A stretch of 64,000 nt of DNA from Podarcis erhardii (Eukaryota): NCBI GenBank assembly GCA_964252035.1, contig OZ176200.1, one strand, 5' to 3'. The notes under the pieces were generated by a model. That model was not told where the DNA came from, made no database searches, and was given only the letters and a program-made list of their open reading frames with translations. Position numbers and translations under genes: made by a program. This document shows, one piece after another, positions 22,824 to 34,388 of this stretch (positions are counted from its first letter, which is position 1; the number at the start of each line of letters is the position of its first letter).

Positions 22824-23573
22824 TACCCGGTTACCTACTGTTCACTGCTCCAGTTTACTGCATCTTTGGAACGTAGTGTGTCACATGCTTGGAGCCTAGT
22901 GTCAGTTTATTCATCTCGTAGCCCTCTAACTCACATCTGGATGCAGATGTTGTCCAGCCACGCAGCATTTAAAGGATGTGCATTTGGATTCAGTAAGGAT
23001 GAAGCTGCTTGTAAAACTTTGAATCTGCAGGAATAAATACAGTCTTGGTTCATTACACCCACTCAAAAGTTTTGACCTGGGGAACTGGTACCGTTGACAG
23101 TTGCCACATAATACCAATCTTGGATTTATAAGAAATTGATACTTTAGTGTGGCAGTGCCTACACTTTGAAACTCCTTGTCTATCGATAGCAGGCACGTGT
23201 GTTTGCTTTCCCATGCCTACTTAAAACAGTTTTGTTTAAGCAAGCCTATCAAAGATATGTAGAGGTAACAGGGGTTTTATCTCTTTTTTAAAAGTTAGTG
23301 TTGATCTTAATAATCTTTTGTGTGGTTTAAATCTTTTTTTTAACTGTTCTTACTGAAAACATTAATGTTTTATATCATTGTAAAGCATGTATAGGTTTTT
23401 TTTCCTCCTGCAATCAAGTGGTATATACGTTTTGTTGAATAAATAAATCATTAACTAACAGAGCCACTAGCAGTGAACTAGCCATTTTGGATAGATTTGG
23501 GAAGAGAAGTAAATCTTACTTCGATTTCATTTTTAAAAATTCAAAAGTTTGGGTCTAAATGAAAAAAGACTGT

Positions 23574-23611
23574 GTATCTGAAGAAGTGTGCATGCACACG
23601 AAAGCTCATAC
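23574..23611 (+). ncRNA. Minimal type I hammerhead ribozyme motif
   Basis: Helix I GTAT/ATAC; core CTGAAGA (23578-23584) plus an extra A; helix II GTGTG-CATG-CACAC; GAAA (23600-23603); palindromic AGCT helix III; UC cleavage site after C23607. Confidence 0.75.
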
Positions 23612-23666
23612 CAAGAACTGACTTAGTTGGTCTTTAAGGTGCTACTGGAAGGAATTTGTTTTGTTT
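23574..23666 (+). mobile_element. Penelope-like element terminal fragment (93 bp) with 14-bp TSD
   Basis: TGAAAAAAGACTGT at 23560-23573 and 23667-23680; the insert carries a PLE-type hammerhead motif and a T-rich tail. Confidence 0.8.
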
Positions 23667-23959
23667 TGAAAAAAGACTGTACATCTTGAAATTAAAACAG
23701 ATTAGCATGTGACCGTATGATTAGCAATTGCAGATGAGGGACTAAATGTTTGTTCTTCCCTCCATATGCAAAGCACCCTGCACTAAGGAGATAAGGAATA
23801 TTGGATGCAATGTTCATAGCTGTCAATGTTTCCCTTTTTAAAGGGAAATTCCCTTATTCCGAATAGGATTCCTCGCAAGAAAAGGGAAAAGTTGACAGCT
23901 ATGCTCAGCTTGCCTGCTCCTTGTTTGCATTCAGAGATGGAGATACAAACACACATACA

Positions 23960-24318
23960 GGGATGCGAGTGGCGCTGTGGTCTAAACCACAGAGCCTAGG
24001 GCTTGCCGATCAGAATGTCGGCAGTTTGAATCCCCATGGTGGGGTGAGCTCCCATTGTTCGTTCCCAGCTCCTGCCAACCTAGCAGTTCGAAAGCACGTC
24101 AAAGTGCAAGTAGATAAATAGGTACCGCTCTGCCGAGAAGGTAAATGGCGTTACCATGTGCTGTTCTGGTTCGCCAGAAGCAGCTTATCATGCTGGCCAC
24201 ATGACCCAGAAGCTGTCTGCGGACAAACTCCGTCTCCCTCAGCCTATAGAGTGAGAAGAGCGCGCAGTCCCAGAGTTGTCCGCGGCTGGACCTAACGGTC
24301 AGGGGTCCCTTTACCTTT
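23960..24318 (+). mobile_element. Sauria SINE, full length
   Basis: tRNA-like head GTGGCGCTGTGG...GTTTGAATCC, body CTAGCAGTTCGAAAGCAC...GTAGATAAATAGGTACC, (ACCTTT)n tail. Confidence 0.92.
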
Positions 24319-25352
24319 ATATATATGAGAGAAAACGACACATATATATGAGAGAGAATGACACATTCAAGCATTTGATGCCCTGCAGCAATCTATAGTG
24401 GGGCAGAATCTTGATCCTGTAATTGATATAAAGTACAAACCAGGAATGGTGCAACCAGGAAGCAGGTGCCTTGCTTGCAGAGAAAGTTTGGCAAAGTTCT
24501 ACAAAAGATATCAACTCTCCTGTTTTGAAGATCCCATTCAAAATGACAGTCTTCTTAATACAAATACACTAGAGACATGTTAATTACAACATAGTCATTT
24601 GTCTTTATTTTGCAAACAAGCTTATTTGGACAGCAGCACGCCGTAACAGTACCGTGAGCCATGAACACAATAATCAATTTTTATCAAGACAACATGAATA
24701 GAGTACTAGACACTCCTTTACTAATGGAAATATTTCTCTTTTTATTATTACCTTGCTTCATCATTTCCTGCTGTTGGGTTTCATCACATAGCTGCCATTT
24801 TTCAATAGACTCCCGCAGTGGGAGAGATCTGGCCACAGTAATTGCTAAAATACTAGTGTTTTTCCCATCTGATAATACTTCAGAATTGAACTTTTAAAAT
24901 GTATGTGGGTCGTTTTGAGCAGCTATGATTGAAGCATGGATTCCAAGAGTGATGATAGCTCTTTCAGCTGTATCCTTTGGTATGACATTTTGTGACAGAA
25001 GTAAATTGGTGGATTTAGAGAGAATCTGTAGTTTTCAGCATCACTGCTGTAATTTGCAAGGGTCAATACATACATTAGCAAATTTCACTTAGGTATTTAG
25101 AATCTGGTAGGAACTGCAAGTGAAGAAGAAGAAGAATGATCAGTACTCGTTTTATATTGTATTGCTTTATACTATATGCCCTGTTCATGTTCATTCCAGG
25201 CAGAAGTCAATAGGAATAGAAGCTGTGGGTATTTAACAGCATATGAACACACACATACATAGTAGAGTAGACACAGGGAGGAATTCACTGTAACACTATG
25301 ACAGTCATTCTGTAAGTGCAAACATTTCTGCTTACCTAATGGAACAAGCCCC

Positions 25353-25797
25353 TATCAGGAGCTCGTCCTACACTCGAGTAGGACCCTGGCAGAGACACAT
25401 GCCCTCCTGGCATGTTCTCTCCCTCCTGGTCGATTGTTGGGGAGCTTCAAAAGCTTTATTCTGCCCGAACATCACAGCGACCGATGCCAACAGACACTGG
25501 CACACTTAGGGATCCGCAGAGTCTTCGCAGCTTGCGTAACAGACCTCAGCAACTCAGCATTTCGGCTAATCTACTTTATTTACATATAAACACACTCGGA
25601 GCACTGCAACATGGCTCCCTCTCTCTCTAGCATCTGACACAAAGAGAAAAAGACAAAGGACAACAGTCCCACTTCACAGAACACAGTAGCGCAAGCATCC
25701 TGTCTCCGTCACTTCCCACTCTGTGTAGTCAAAACATATACCGTCATGTGAAAGACAACAATCCCATGACTGCAATCACGGAGCAGGAATTCTAACA
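25353..25797 (-). mobile_element. Solo LTR (445 bp)
   Basis: On minus it starts TGTTAG and ends CCTGATA (CA decayed), with two AATAAA; 5-bp flanks GCCCC/GCCCT (one mismatch). Confidence 0.72.
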
Positions 25798-25906
25798 GCC
25801 CTTCCCCAACATATTCTGTTTTGGGGGTGACAGAACCAAATCAAGGTTCCTCCCATTCCCAACTATTGCACAGTATAGAATAAGTACATAACTTGTTCTC
25901 CAGACC

Positions 25907-27757
25907 GGACTTCCGGGTTAGCGCGAACGGCTAATGGCGGATTCCCTCCGAGCTCCGGAGGGAATCGGCTCTGCTGAAGACGGGTCTTGCCGTGCCGGCG
26001 ACACGGGGACCCTCAGAAACCGCAGGCGCGGAAGCCTGCGGACTTGGTGACTCGGTGGGCACCTTAAGCGCCCTCCCCGACCCACGAAGAGCCTTTTTAA
26101 AGGCTACGGAGAGGGTACGGAGAGTGGCGTGGTGCTGAGAGTAGACCGCTACTTCAGTGGAGCGAAGCCGCAAGCCATGGCCGGAGAGCGCTGACTTTCT
26201 TCCCAAAATTTGGACTGGATAACAAAGGACCCGTGAGTAGTGGAATTTGGACATTAAAAAATTTTTATCCTTTGAATTCGGCACGACCGGGGGATGTGTT
26301 AAAGGGAAGTCCGCACCCCCTCTACTTATAGACGATTTAAAGCAAGGAACGGAGAATTAAGGCGGAATGAATACTGTTTTGATGATTTAAAAGTTTTTCA
26401 CAAATTTGATAGAAGAAGATTTTGTGCTGGAGAGAAAGGGAGGAACTTTGGAACTTTGTGTGTAACCCTCCCCAAAACCCGGGAGTGTCCTGTTTGGGTG
26501 CCGGAGGAAGAAGTGAAAGGAGTTTGACAGCTGTCAAAGAAGCTGTCAAACGGGCGGACAAAGTAAAGAATTTTGTTATTTAACAACTCTCTGAATTAAA
26601 GGTGATACATTTGAACTGAGGCGATTGGAAACAAAGTACTGATAATAACAAAGTAACAGATTATTGGAAAAGGACTACTAAATAACTGAAAGCCCCCTAG
26701 GGGGAATTAGTGACATTACAATGGCTGCAGAGGGAAAATTACTGGCGGAGATAGAAAAAATGTTCTTTCTCGTGGGAATCCTGCAAGAGCAGAGTATGGC
26801 TCTGAGTAAAATATTTATGACCTTGAATTCTGAAACAAACAACTCTGCTGAATGCACAAAGGAGACGTATGACAAAAACTCTGCAGCTGAGCAGGAAGAG
26901 ATGCCTTTGGAATTGACAGAGAAGAAAGAAGGAGTGCAGACACTACAAGTGGAAAATATCAACCAGGAATCTACATTGTTAGAGTATGAGCAAGAAGACC
27001 TTTGGATTACAAACCTGCAAAAGATGAGAAAGAAGAAGAGGGAAGTCCCTGGAGTACTTGGAGCATTAAAACTAAAAAGAATAAAGCAACATGATTGGGA
27101 CTCTCCTCTTGAGTATGGAAAAGTAGATGACCCTTCGCAGCAAACACTTTTTAACATTCTGGATGAAAGAAAATATGATGTGACTCTGACTGAACTCCTT
27201 CGGGGTCTTAGGACCAACAAAGAGGACTACCAATATAGTTGGCAGAGAGGGACTGACAGAGAATCAGACGCCTCGGACGTGAGGAATCCGGGCTAAGAAC
27301 TATTTTTTGTTTGTTTTTTGGACATTTGTTTGGGAAGGGACAGAAACCGGGGCAGGGGGGAGAGAGAGAATAGAACTATAAAATGTTATGATTTGTTTTA
27401 TTTGGTCAATGTGACCTATAATTAATATAATAAAGGGAAAATTTGTGGAAGGGAAGTTAGATCGACCTTAAAAAAAAAAGAAATTAATGATTATAAGAGA
27501 ATTGGATAAGTTGAATATAGATAAACAAAAAGAATTAAATTTTTAAAAGCAATATGAATATGTTTAAGAGGTTAGGTAAGAACTTGCTGAATTAATTATT
27601 GGAACTGGGATGTAAGAGGAGGGGGTGGGGGGAAGTCAATGAAAGTGGGTAAAGAAAATTAGGGTATGTAATTGTATTTGTGTGTTTTTGTCTTTGTGTG
27701 TGTGTTTGTTGTTATAAAATGTAAAAACCCAATAAAAATTATTTAAAAAAAAAAAAA
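25907..27757 (+). mobile_element. Poly(A) non-LTR retroelement with a single ORF and no RT (HAL1-like / non-autonomous L1 derivative)
   Basis: 17-bp TSD AACTTGTTCTCCAGACC (25890-25906, 27758-27774); CpG-rich 5' end beginning GGACTTCCGGG; AATAAA at 27731; poly(A) 27745-27759. Confidence 0.85.
26721..27296 (+). CDS. 191-aa ORF of the poly(A) retroelement, function unknown (ORF1-like position; Glu/Lys-rich, KMRKKKR basic patch)
   Basis: Intact ATG-to-TAA ORF with good Kozak context (ACAATGG), inside the TSD-bounded element; no RT, EN or RRM motif recognised by eye. Confidence 0.6.
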   Translation: MAAEGKLLAEIEKMFFLVGILQEQSMALSKIFMTLNSETNNSAECTKETYDKNSAAEQEEMPLELTEKKEGVQTLQVENINQESTLLEYEQEDLWITNLQKMRKKKREVPGVLGALKLKRIKQHDWDSPLEYGKVDDPSQQTLFNILDERKYDVTLTELLRGLRTNKEDYQYSWQRGTDRESDASDVRNPG

Positions 27758-27774
27758 AACTTGTTCTCCAGACC

Positions 27775-28370
27775 AATAGAAGAACAGCCCCCAAATCCCT
27801 TCTTGGCGCCTGTCTTAAAATGAGATTCAGAAGTAATACAAAGCACAAGTGAGTGAGAAGATTAAAGATTTTATTCTAAACAGCAAGCAATATATACATA
27901 CCAAGCGAAGTGGCACCTCAACCTGCCACTTGGAAGCCCTCAAGAAGTGGCGAAATGGACCCCCCCCCAATAGCCTAAGTTTGCACAGCCCCGTGGACAT
28001 CAGTCCATGCATGAGCTTCTCTCTAACACTCTGCCCACAAACATCCGATTTATAGATAGCTAACCTGTGTGGCTTGCCTGACTAGTTACCTGCAGTCATA
28101 CATTACTGGCTAGTGCAGATTATTCATTCGCTACCCTCTCCCAATCTCTCACTTTCTCCAAACAATGTCCAGCATCAAAGAAGGTATTCCTCACTGTTGC
28201 TTCCTTCCAACAGATTCGGACATTAAAGGCTGTTCTCAGCCATCAAAGAGCTTGACAAGAGATAGGCAGAAGGAAGGAACAGGGGGCTGGAAGGATAACC
28301 ATGATAGGTCACTAATTCCTCGAAATACAAATATCTTCCTAATAGATTGCCCATACAGTTCCCATCTACA
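27775..28370 (-). mobile_element. LTR-like remnant
   Basis: Right end CATCTACA (TGTAG on minus), AATAAA on minus near 27870; no matching TSD found. Confidence 0.35.
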
Positions 28371-31300
28371 GTAACTGGTGAGACCCATGCAGCTATGAAA
28401 GGCTGAGGGGGCAAGGTGCCACACTAGCAAAGAAACCCTAGGCTGGCTTCACATTACCCCATGTCAATGCTCCAGTGTGCTCATATCTTGCATTACTTTA
28501 CTCCTTTGAGGAAGATGAGCAAACCTGCCCCTGCTCAAACATGGAGGAGCAAGAATGGGGCAGGCCTGCGGCATGGATGGGATTTCCAGCAATAAGGGTG
28601 ATGGAAAGTTTCAAAGTTTCAGGCAACTTGAATGAGGATTCAGGGAACAAATTGATTAGGAGTCTCATCCTTTTGTCCCTGGGACAAAGAAGGGGGAAGT
28701 TCTGCTAAATTGCAGGACTCCTGGAATACAGTGTGCGCAGCTCAGTCAAAGAATTTCTCCTTGAATATACCTGTTTTGTAATTTGAAGGAATATCAGGAG
28801 ACTGTCAAATGCGTAATATTCTGCCTAAGCCTTCCAACATCCTTATGCAACGTCTTCTAAATCCCCTTCAATCTAGGCTTTGTATATTGTGTGTAATGAA
28901 TCCATTGGCACATATTCTAATACTGTTTGGGGAGAGTATTCATCATTGTTTAATTTCATTTTTAATTTAATTTTCCAGGAGTGCTTTTCCAGTCTTTAAT
29001 GGAAAAGGCTATAATGTGACATTGGTGGAACGCAATCAGGATTATTTCATTTGAAATGTTTTTTGTGGGGTTTTTTTTACTCTTGTTGAATAAAGATCAT
29101 TTCTGAAAAGAGTATTGCGCTTGCAGGTTTCATGCTTTTTTATACAATTCACCACTCCGCAACTGAAATAAAATAAGGTGTGAATGAGTTTGGGAGAAGT
29201 TATTTGCCTGAAGGATTAAAACAGATATAGAAATGAATACTGGATATTGTAATGTAAATGGATGAAGCATTTTCATTAACTTCTGAATGTAATCTTATTG
29301 GATTTCCTTTGAAATGTATTAAAGGCTGTTTTATCTGTAGGCTATCTTGTTCACACCTGGATGGTTTTATTCCAGAACTTCTAGTTTCAGCTTCTAGGAT
29401 CACTGAGGCTGCAACTCACAAACTACTTAAATTGAGTGCAAATCTATGGGATTAAGCAATTTCTGGATTGCACTGACAGTGAAGGTTATTACAATAAGGG
29501 TTTTGCTTTCAGAATTCCATATACCATAACTGACGGGAGACTAATAGCTTCTGAAACATGCAATGTTGCAAGAAATGGAATAGTCTGAAAAACTTCTGTG
29601 CCTCCCTTTTAGGTTAGATTTGAGAATTTGGGCCATTTTTGTTGCCCAGGTTCGATAGACTATAGTGGCTGCCCTCATAAGTAAGACATAAATTTACCTC
29701 TGAGCATCACCTGTGCCATTTATACAAAGGTGTGATAACTGTATAATGCAGAAGAGATGAAAATACAAATGAACATAGCCAACACATGATGGAAAAAGCT
29801 TGAGAGACAGAGTAATGGTGGAAAGGTCATATTTTTTCAAATAGGGCAATAGACTAACCAGACAAGAACCAAATTTTGTAAGTATGGGCAGGTGGGTTTG
29901 AATTGACACATATGAGGGAAACTTTGTCCACTTCCCTGGACATATAAATAGCCCCATTCCATGGCTCCCCAGACAGGGATTGGGAGAAAATTCTCCTTCC
30001 CTGCGAAATGAACCTTGGGTATGTGAACCAAATATGTGCACCCAGGCTCCTGTCACTTGTCCATCAAGGTGTGCATATAAAGTTTAAATGGTAGCCCCAA
30101 AGGCACCTCCTCCCAAGCCACAGGCTGTGGAAGATGACACAACTGCCTTTAAACCCATAATGCCTTAGGGTGCCTGTCAATTGAGTTATCAAGCCCCCTT
30201 ACCAGCCTGTACTGAACGCTACAAGAGGTGAACAGGTTCTGCTAGTTTGCCTCCACCCAAACACATATAAGAGCTCACCTAGCAATGCCTCATTGGAAGG
30301 GCACTAGCTCATCGTATTACATTATTATTAGTAGTATTTATTAAATTTCTATACTGCTCTTTATCGGAAGATCGCAGGGTGGTTTACAGTATAAAAGCAC
30401 AAAAATCATGTCCTTCCACAGAGACAATATGGTGGGAGAAAGGGGTGGCCCTGGAGCACAATAAGAGCTCCAATAAAGCAGCAAAAACAAAAGCTCTAAG
30501 AGGGGGGAAATTAAAAGGCAGAATGATGCCTCTGCTATCCTGAATCTTTTCTTTTGCGGTTATACCCTTGAAACTGACAGAAAGTCCTTCCCCACTTTTG
30601 CAGCAAGAGAAGAGGATTGTGAAGTGACGGCCTTTCAGCCCCACTCTGGTTTTTACATTTGCACGTCACAAACCAATCAAAGAAAGGGAAACCTTAAGCC
30701 TCAAAAATACACTCTGCATATTTTTGAGAATTTCATGACTAGCATTTCTTAAAGCCAGGTGCAATGACCAACAAACAGTCTTTATTCTGATATGTTATGC
30801 TGGAAGTGTGTTCAGGAAGCCTATCATTTACTAACCCCTCTGAGTACAAAACTGCAGAGTGAATGATAATGGATAATCTTCCAATGGTTTTTATTATATA
30901 GGAATTCTTTTTCCACATATTTCTTTTCAAATTGGCCTGATGTTGCCTCTAAGGCTGATATGATCATCAAAACATGGCCACCCATTTTTCACTTCTCCGA
31001 ATATTGAGAAGTCAGCTTTGTTAGTTAATGTATCAAAATACATGTTTAAATGTGTATTTTGAGAGAAAATAACATTGTAACATTTGGATTTTTATAGAAA
31101 ATAACACATTTAAATAGTCTTTTGAGAGGATTAAAAAAACACCCATGTAGATTAATGCAGAAATGGAATGGAATGGAATCATGAATAAAAACATGCAAGA
31201 GTGACAAGGACAGAAAGAGACAGATTACCGCATCTCTATTTTTATATTTGAGAGCCTCACATCAATAAATGTTAGGGAAGTAAGGGTCTGGTTGGTTTTT

Positions 31301-31755
31301 GCAAACATTTTCCCTTTCCCAGAGGCCTTTTTTTTTGCATTGAAAATAAAACCCCATGAAAGTCAGTGCAGAACTAATGACCAGCCTTTTCAAAGACAAT
31401 TTTTGTTTATTTTACTTTTGCTGCAAATTCATTGACTACTAACGTAAACAGGTAGAGAGCAATACCATCTTACTTATTTGAACAGACTTGTCAGAGCTGT
31501 TAGTTGTGAGTATTAATTAGCCCTGGAATATGCAAAGCTGATAAGTCCCTAAACAACTAGTTTTCAAATCCAGCCAGTCACCTGATATAGCGTATTGATG
31601 GTAATAAGCACACTTTCCCTGCAGGAAAAGCAACATGCAAAGATTACTACTCGGTGTAACAGTAGGCACCAAAGTTATATTATTGTTAGACTGAAGTTTG
31701 TTGTTTCTGCTGCTGCTGCTGCTACTACTACTACTAGATCATTATTTATCACTAA

Positions 31756-31900
31756 TAGCTTAGTCAGTAGAGCATGAGACTCTTAAACTCAGCACTGTGG
31801 GTTAAAGCCCCACATTGGGCAAAAAGATTCGTTCGTTGCAGAGGGAGAGACTAGATGAACTTTGTGGTCCCTTCCAACTCTACAATTCTATGGTTCTATG
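31756..31900 (+). mobile_element. tRNA-Lys(CTT)-derived SINE with CR1-like tail (Squam3-like)
   Basis: TAGCTTAGTCAGTAGAGCATGAGACTCTTAA...GGGTTAAAGCCCCACATTGGGC, then GGTCCCTTCCAACTCTACAATTCTATG. Confidence 0.8.
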
Positions 31901-32142
31901 ATCTGAGTGAATATATTTGAGCAAAATGGGTCATCCTCTCTAAAAGAATGCCCTCCCTAGAGAAGCTTGATGCATTTTCAGACCCAGGTGAACACTTAAT
32001 TATTTGCCCAGCCCCAGTAGGTTTTATTGCTGGTCTTGTGCTCTTACAACTTCTGCTGAATATTACTGGTAATGTTGATTTATTGCTGATGGGCTTAAGG
32101 CCACATAAGGAGGATTGCCCAGTGATGTTTTATTGCCCAGTA

Positions 32143-32325
32143 CGGGAAGGTAAACGGCGTTTCCATGCGCTGCTCTGGTTCACCAGAAGCGGCTTAGTCA
32201 TGCTGGCCACATGACCCGGAAGCTGTACGCCAGCTCCCTCAGCTAGTAAAGCGAGATGAGCACCACAACCCCAGTCGTCCGTGACTGAACCTAATGGTCA
32301 GGGGTCCCTTTACCTTTACCTTTAC
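32143..32325 (+). mobile_element. 5'-truncated Sauria SINE inserted at the 5' edge of an L2 fragment
   Basis: GGGAAGGTAAACGG...GGGGTCCCTTTACCTTTACCTTTAC. Confidence 0.88.
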
Positions 32326-32857
32326 ATTTCCGAGCACAGTTCAAAGTGTTGGTGCTGACCTTTAAAGCCCTAAATGGCCTCGGTCCAGTATACCTGAAGG
32401 AGTGTCTCCACCCCCACCATTCAGCCCGGACACTGAGGTCCAGCACCGAGGGCCTTCTGGCGGTTCCCTCACTGCGAGAAGCGAAGTTACAGGGAACCAG
32501 GCAGAGGGCCTTCTCAGTAGTGGCACCCGCCCTGTGGAACGCCCCCCCCATCAGATGTCAAGGAAATAAGCAACTATCTGACTTTTAGAAGACATCTGAA
32601 GGCAGTCCTGTTTAGGGAAGTTTTTAATGTTTGATCTTTTATCATGTTTTAAATATTCTGTTGAAAGCCTCCCAGAGTGGCTGGGGAAACCCAGTCAGAT
32701 GGGCTGGGTATAAATAAAAAATATTATTATTATTAATATTATTATCTGAAGGCAGCCCTGTTTAGGGAAGTTTTTAAGAATTGATGTTTTGTTGTGTTTT
32801 TAATATTCTGTTGGGAGCTGCCCAGAGTGGGTGGGGGTATAACAACAACAACAACAA
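32326..32857 (+). mobile_element. L2 3' end (ORF2 C-terminus, 3' UTR, (TAT)n tail), followed by a second short L2 tail at 32744-32857
   Basis: FKVLVLTFKALNGLGPVYLKE...RAFSVVAPALWN; ~85% similar by eye to the minus copy at 53040-53476. Confidence 0.9.
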
Positions 32858-33059
32858 TGTACCTGGGTTAAAAAAAAACCTTGCACATTCTCCATTTATA
32901 GAAACAGCAATACCTTCCTTTCAGGTCAAAGTTCCTTGAAAGACAACCTTTCCGAGAGACCTTGAAATGTCACTCAAAGGGGCACCTTTGACTCCCCTGG
33001 GCATTCTATTGCCGTAACTGGGCCTTAGGATCACAAGGTGCCTCTAGTCACCACTGCGC

Positions 33060-33345
33060 TTATTTCCAGGCTCAATTCAAAGTTGCCTGAGTCCCTACTT
33101 TGTTTCTGGGTTCGCTGCCGAGTGCTGTTTAAGTTGATGATTAGGACTGGATACTGGACTGGACATGCCTCCACATGTTCAACATAGCCTCTTCTTCAGC
33201 TACTCCCACCCTCTGAAGTGTGGCGTGTGGGTGGTGGCTACAAGATAAAGTGCCTCCTCAGTGGTGGCACCTTGACCATGGAACATTGTTCCCAGGGAAA
33301 CTTGCCCTCCTTTAATGTCATTGTATCACAAGGCAAAGACGTCCC
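33060..33345 (+). mobile_element. Older degenerate L2 3' fragment
   Basis: TTCCAGGCTCAATTCAAAGT and CTCAGTGGTGGCACC...TGGAAC blocks shared with the L2 copies. Confidence 0.45.
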
Positions 33346-33481
33346 CCCCCCCCACTTTTTACTGCTTGTTACATTGGCTTTCATGTTGCATAATATTTTT
33401 TTTGTAATAATAAATAAATCTGCTCATTACTTTTATATTGTGGTGGTTTGATGCTCTTGTTTTAATATTCTTGATTTAATC

Positions 33482-34303
33482 AAGGGCATCCTGATCAAAT
33501 TTGCAGATGACACCAAACTGGGAGGGGTGGCTAACACCCCAGAGGACAGGATCACTCTTCAAAACGACCTTGACAGATTAGAGAACTGGGCCAAAACAAA
33601 CAAGATGAATTTTAATAGGGAGAAATGTAAAGTATTGCACTTGGGGAAAAAAAATGAGAGGCACAAATACAAGATGGGTGACACCTGGCTTGAGAGTAGT
33701 ACATGTGAAAAGGATCTAGGAGTCTTGGTTGACCACAAACTTGACATGAGCCAACAGTGTGACGCGGCAGCTAAAAAAGCCAATACAATTCTGGGCTGCA
33801 TCAATAGGAGTATTGCATCTAGATCAAGGGAAGTAATAGTGCCACTGTATTCTGCTCTGGTCGGACCTCACCTGGAGTACTGTGTACAGTTCTGGGCACC
33901 ACAGTTCAAGAAGGACACTGACAAACTGGAACGTGTCCAGAGGAGGGCAACCAAAATGGTCAAAGGCCTGGAAACGATGCCTTATGAGGAACGGCTAAGG
34001 GAGCTGGCCATGTTTAGCCTGGAGAAGAGGAGGTTAAGGAGTGATATGATACCCATGTTCAAATATATAAAAGGATGTCACATAGAGGAGGGAGAAAGGT
34101 TGTTTTCTGCTGCTCCAGAGAAGCGGACACAGAGCAATGGTTCCAAACTACAAGAAAGAAGATTCTACCTAAACATTAGGAAGAATTTCCTGACAGTAAG
34201 AGCTGTTCGACAGTGGAATTTGCTGCCAAGGAGTGTGGTGGAGTCTCCTTCTTTGGAGGTCTTTAAGCAGAGGCTTGACAACCATATGTCAGGAGTGCTC
34301 TGA
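33482..34303 (+). CDS. CR1 ORF2 C-terminal fragment (RT end), uninterrupted but 5'-truncated
   Basis: ORF track 33527-34303 plus upstream in-frame KGILIKFADD. Confidence 0.85.
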   Translation, partial: KGILIKFADDTKLGGVANTPEDRITLQNDLDRLENWAKTNKMNFNREKCKVLHLGKKNERHKYKMGDTWLESSTCEKDLGVLVDHKLDMSQQCDAAAKKANTILGCINRSIASRSREVIVPLYSALVGPHLEYCVQFWAPQFKKDTDKLERVQRRATKMVKGLETMPYEERLRELAMFSLEKRRLRSDMIPMFKYIKGCHIEEGERLFSAAPEKRTQSNGSKLQERRFYLNIRKNFLTVRAVRQWNLLPRSVVESPSLEVFKQRLDNHMSGVL

Positions 34304-34388
34304 TGGTGTTTCCTGCTTGGTAGGGGGTTGGACTCGATGGCCCTTGTGGTCTCTTCCAACTCTATGATTCTATGATTCTATGATTCTA
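33482..34388 (+). mobile_element. CR1 LINE, 5'-truncated, young
   Basis: IKFADDTKLGG, FNREKC, EKDLGV, LEYCVQFW, LERVQRRATK; (ATTCTATG)n tail; possible TSD TAATCA. Confidence 0.95.

Noticed and set aside
31756-31830. tRNA-Lys(CTT) gene
   Set aside because: Degenerate acceptor and T stems, and it continues into a CR1-like tail, so it is a SINE head rather than a tRNA gene.
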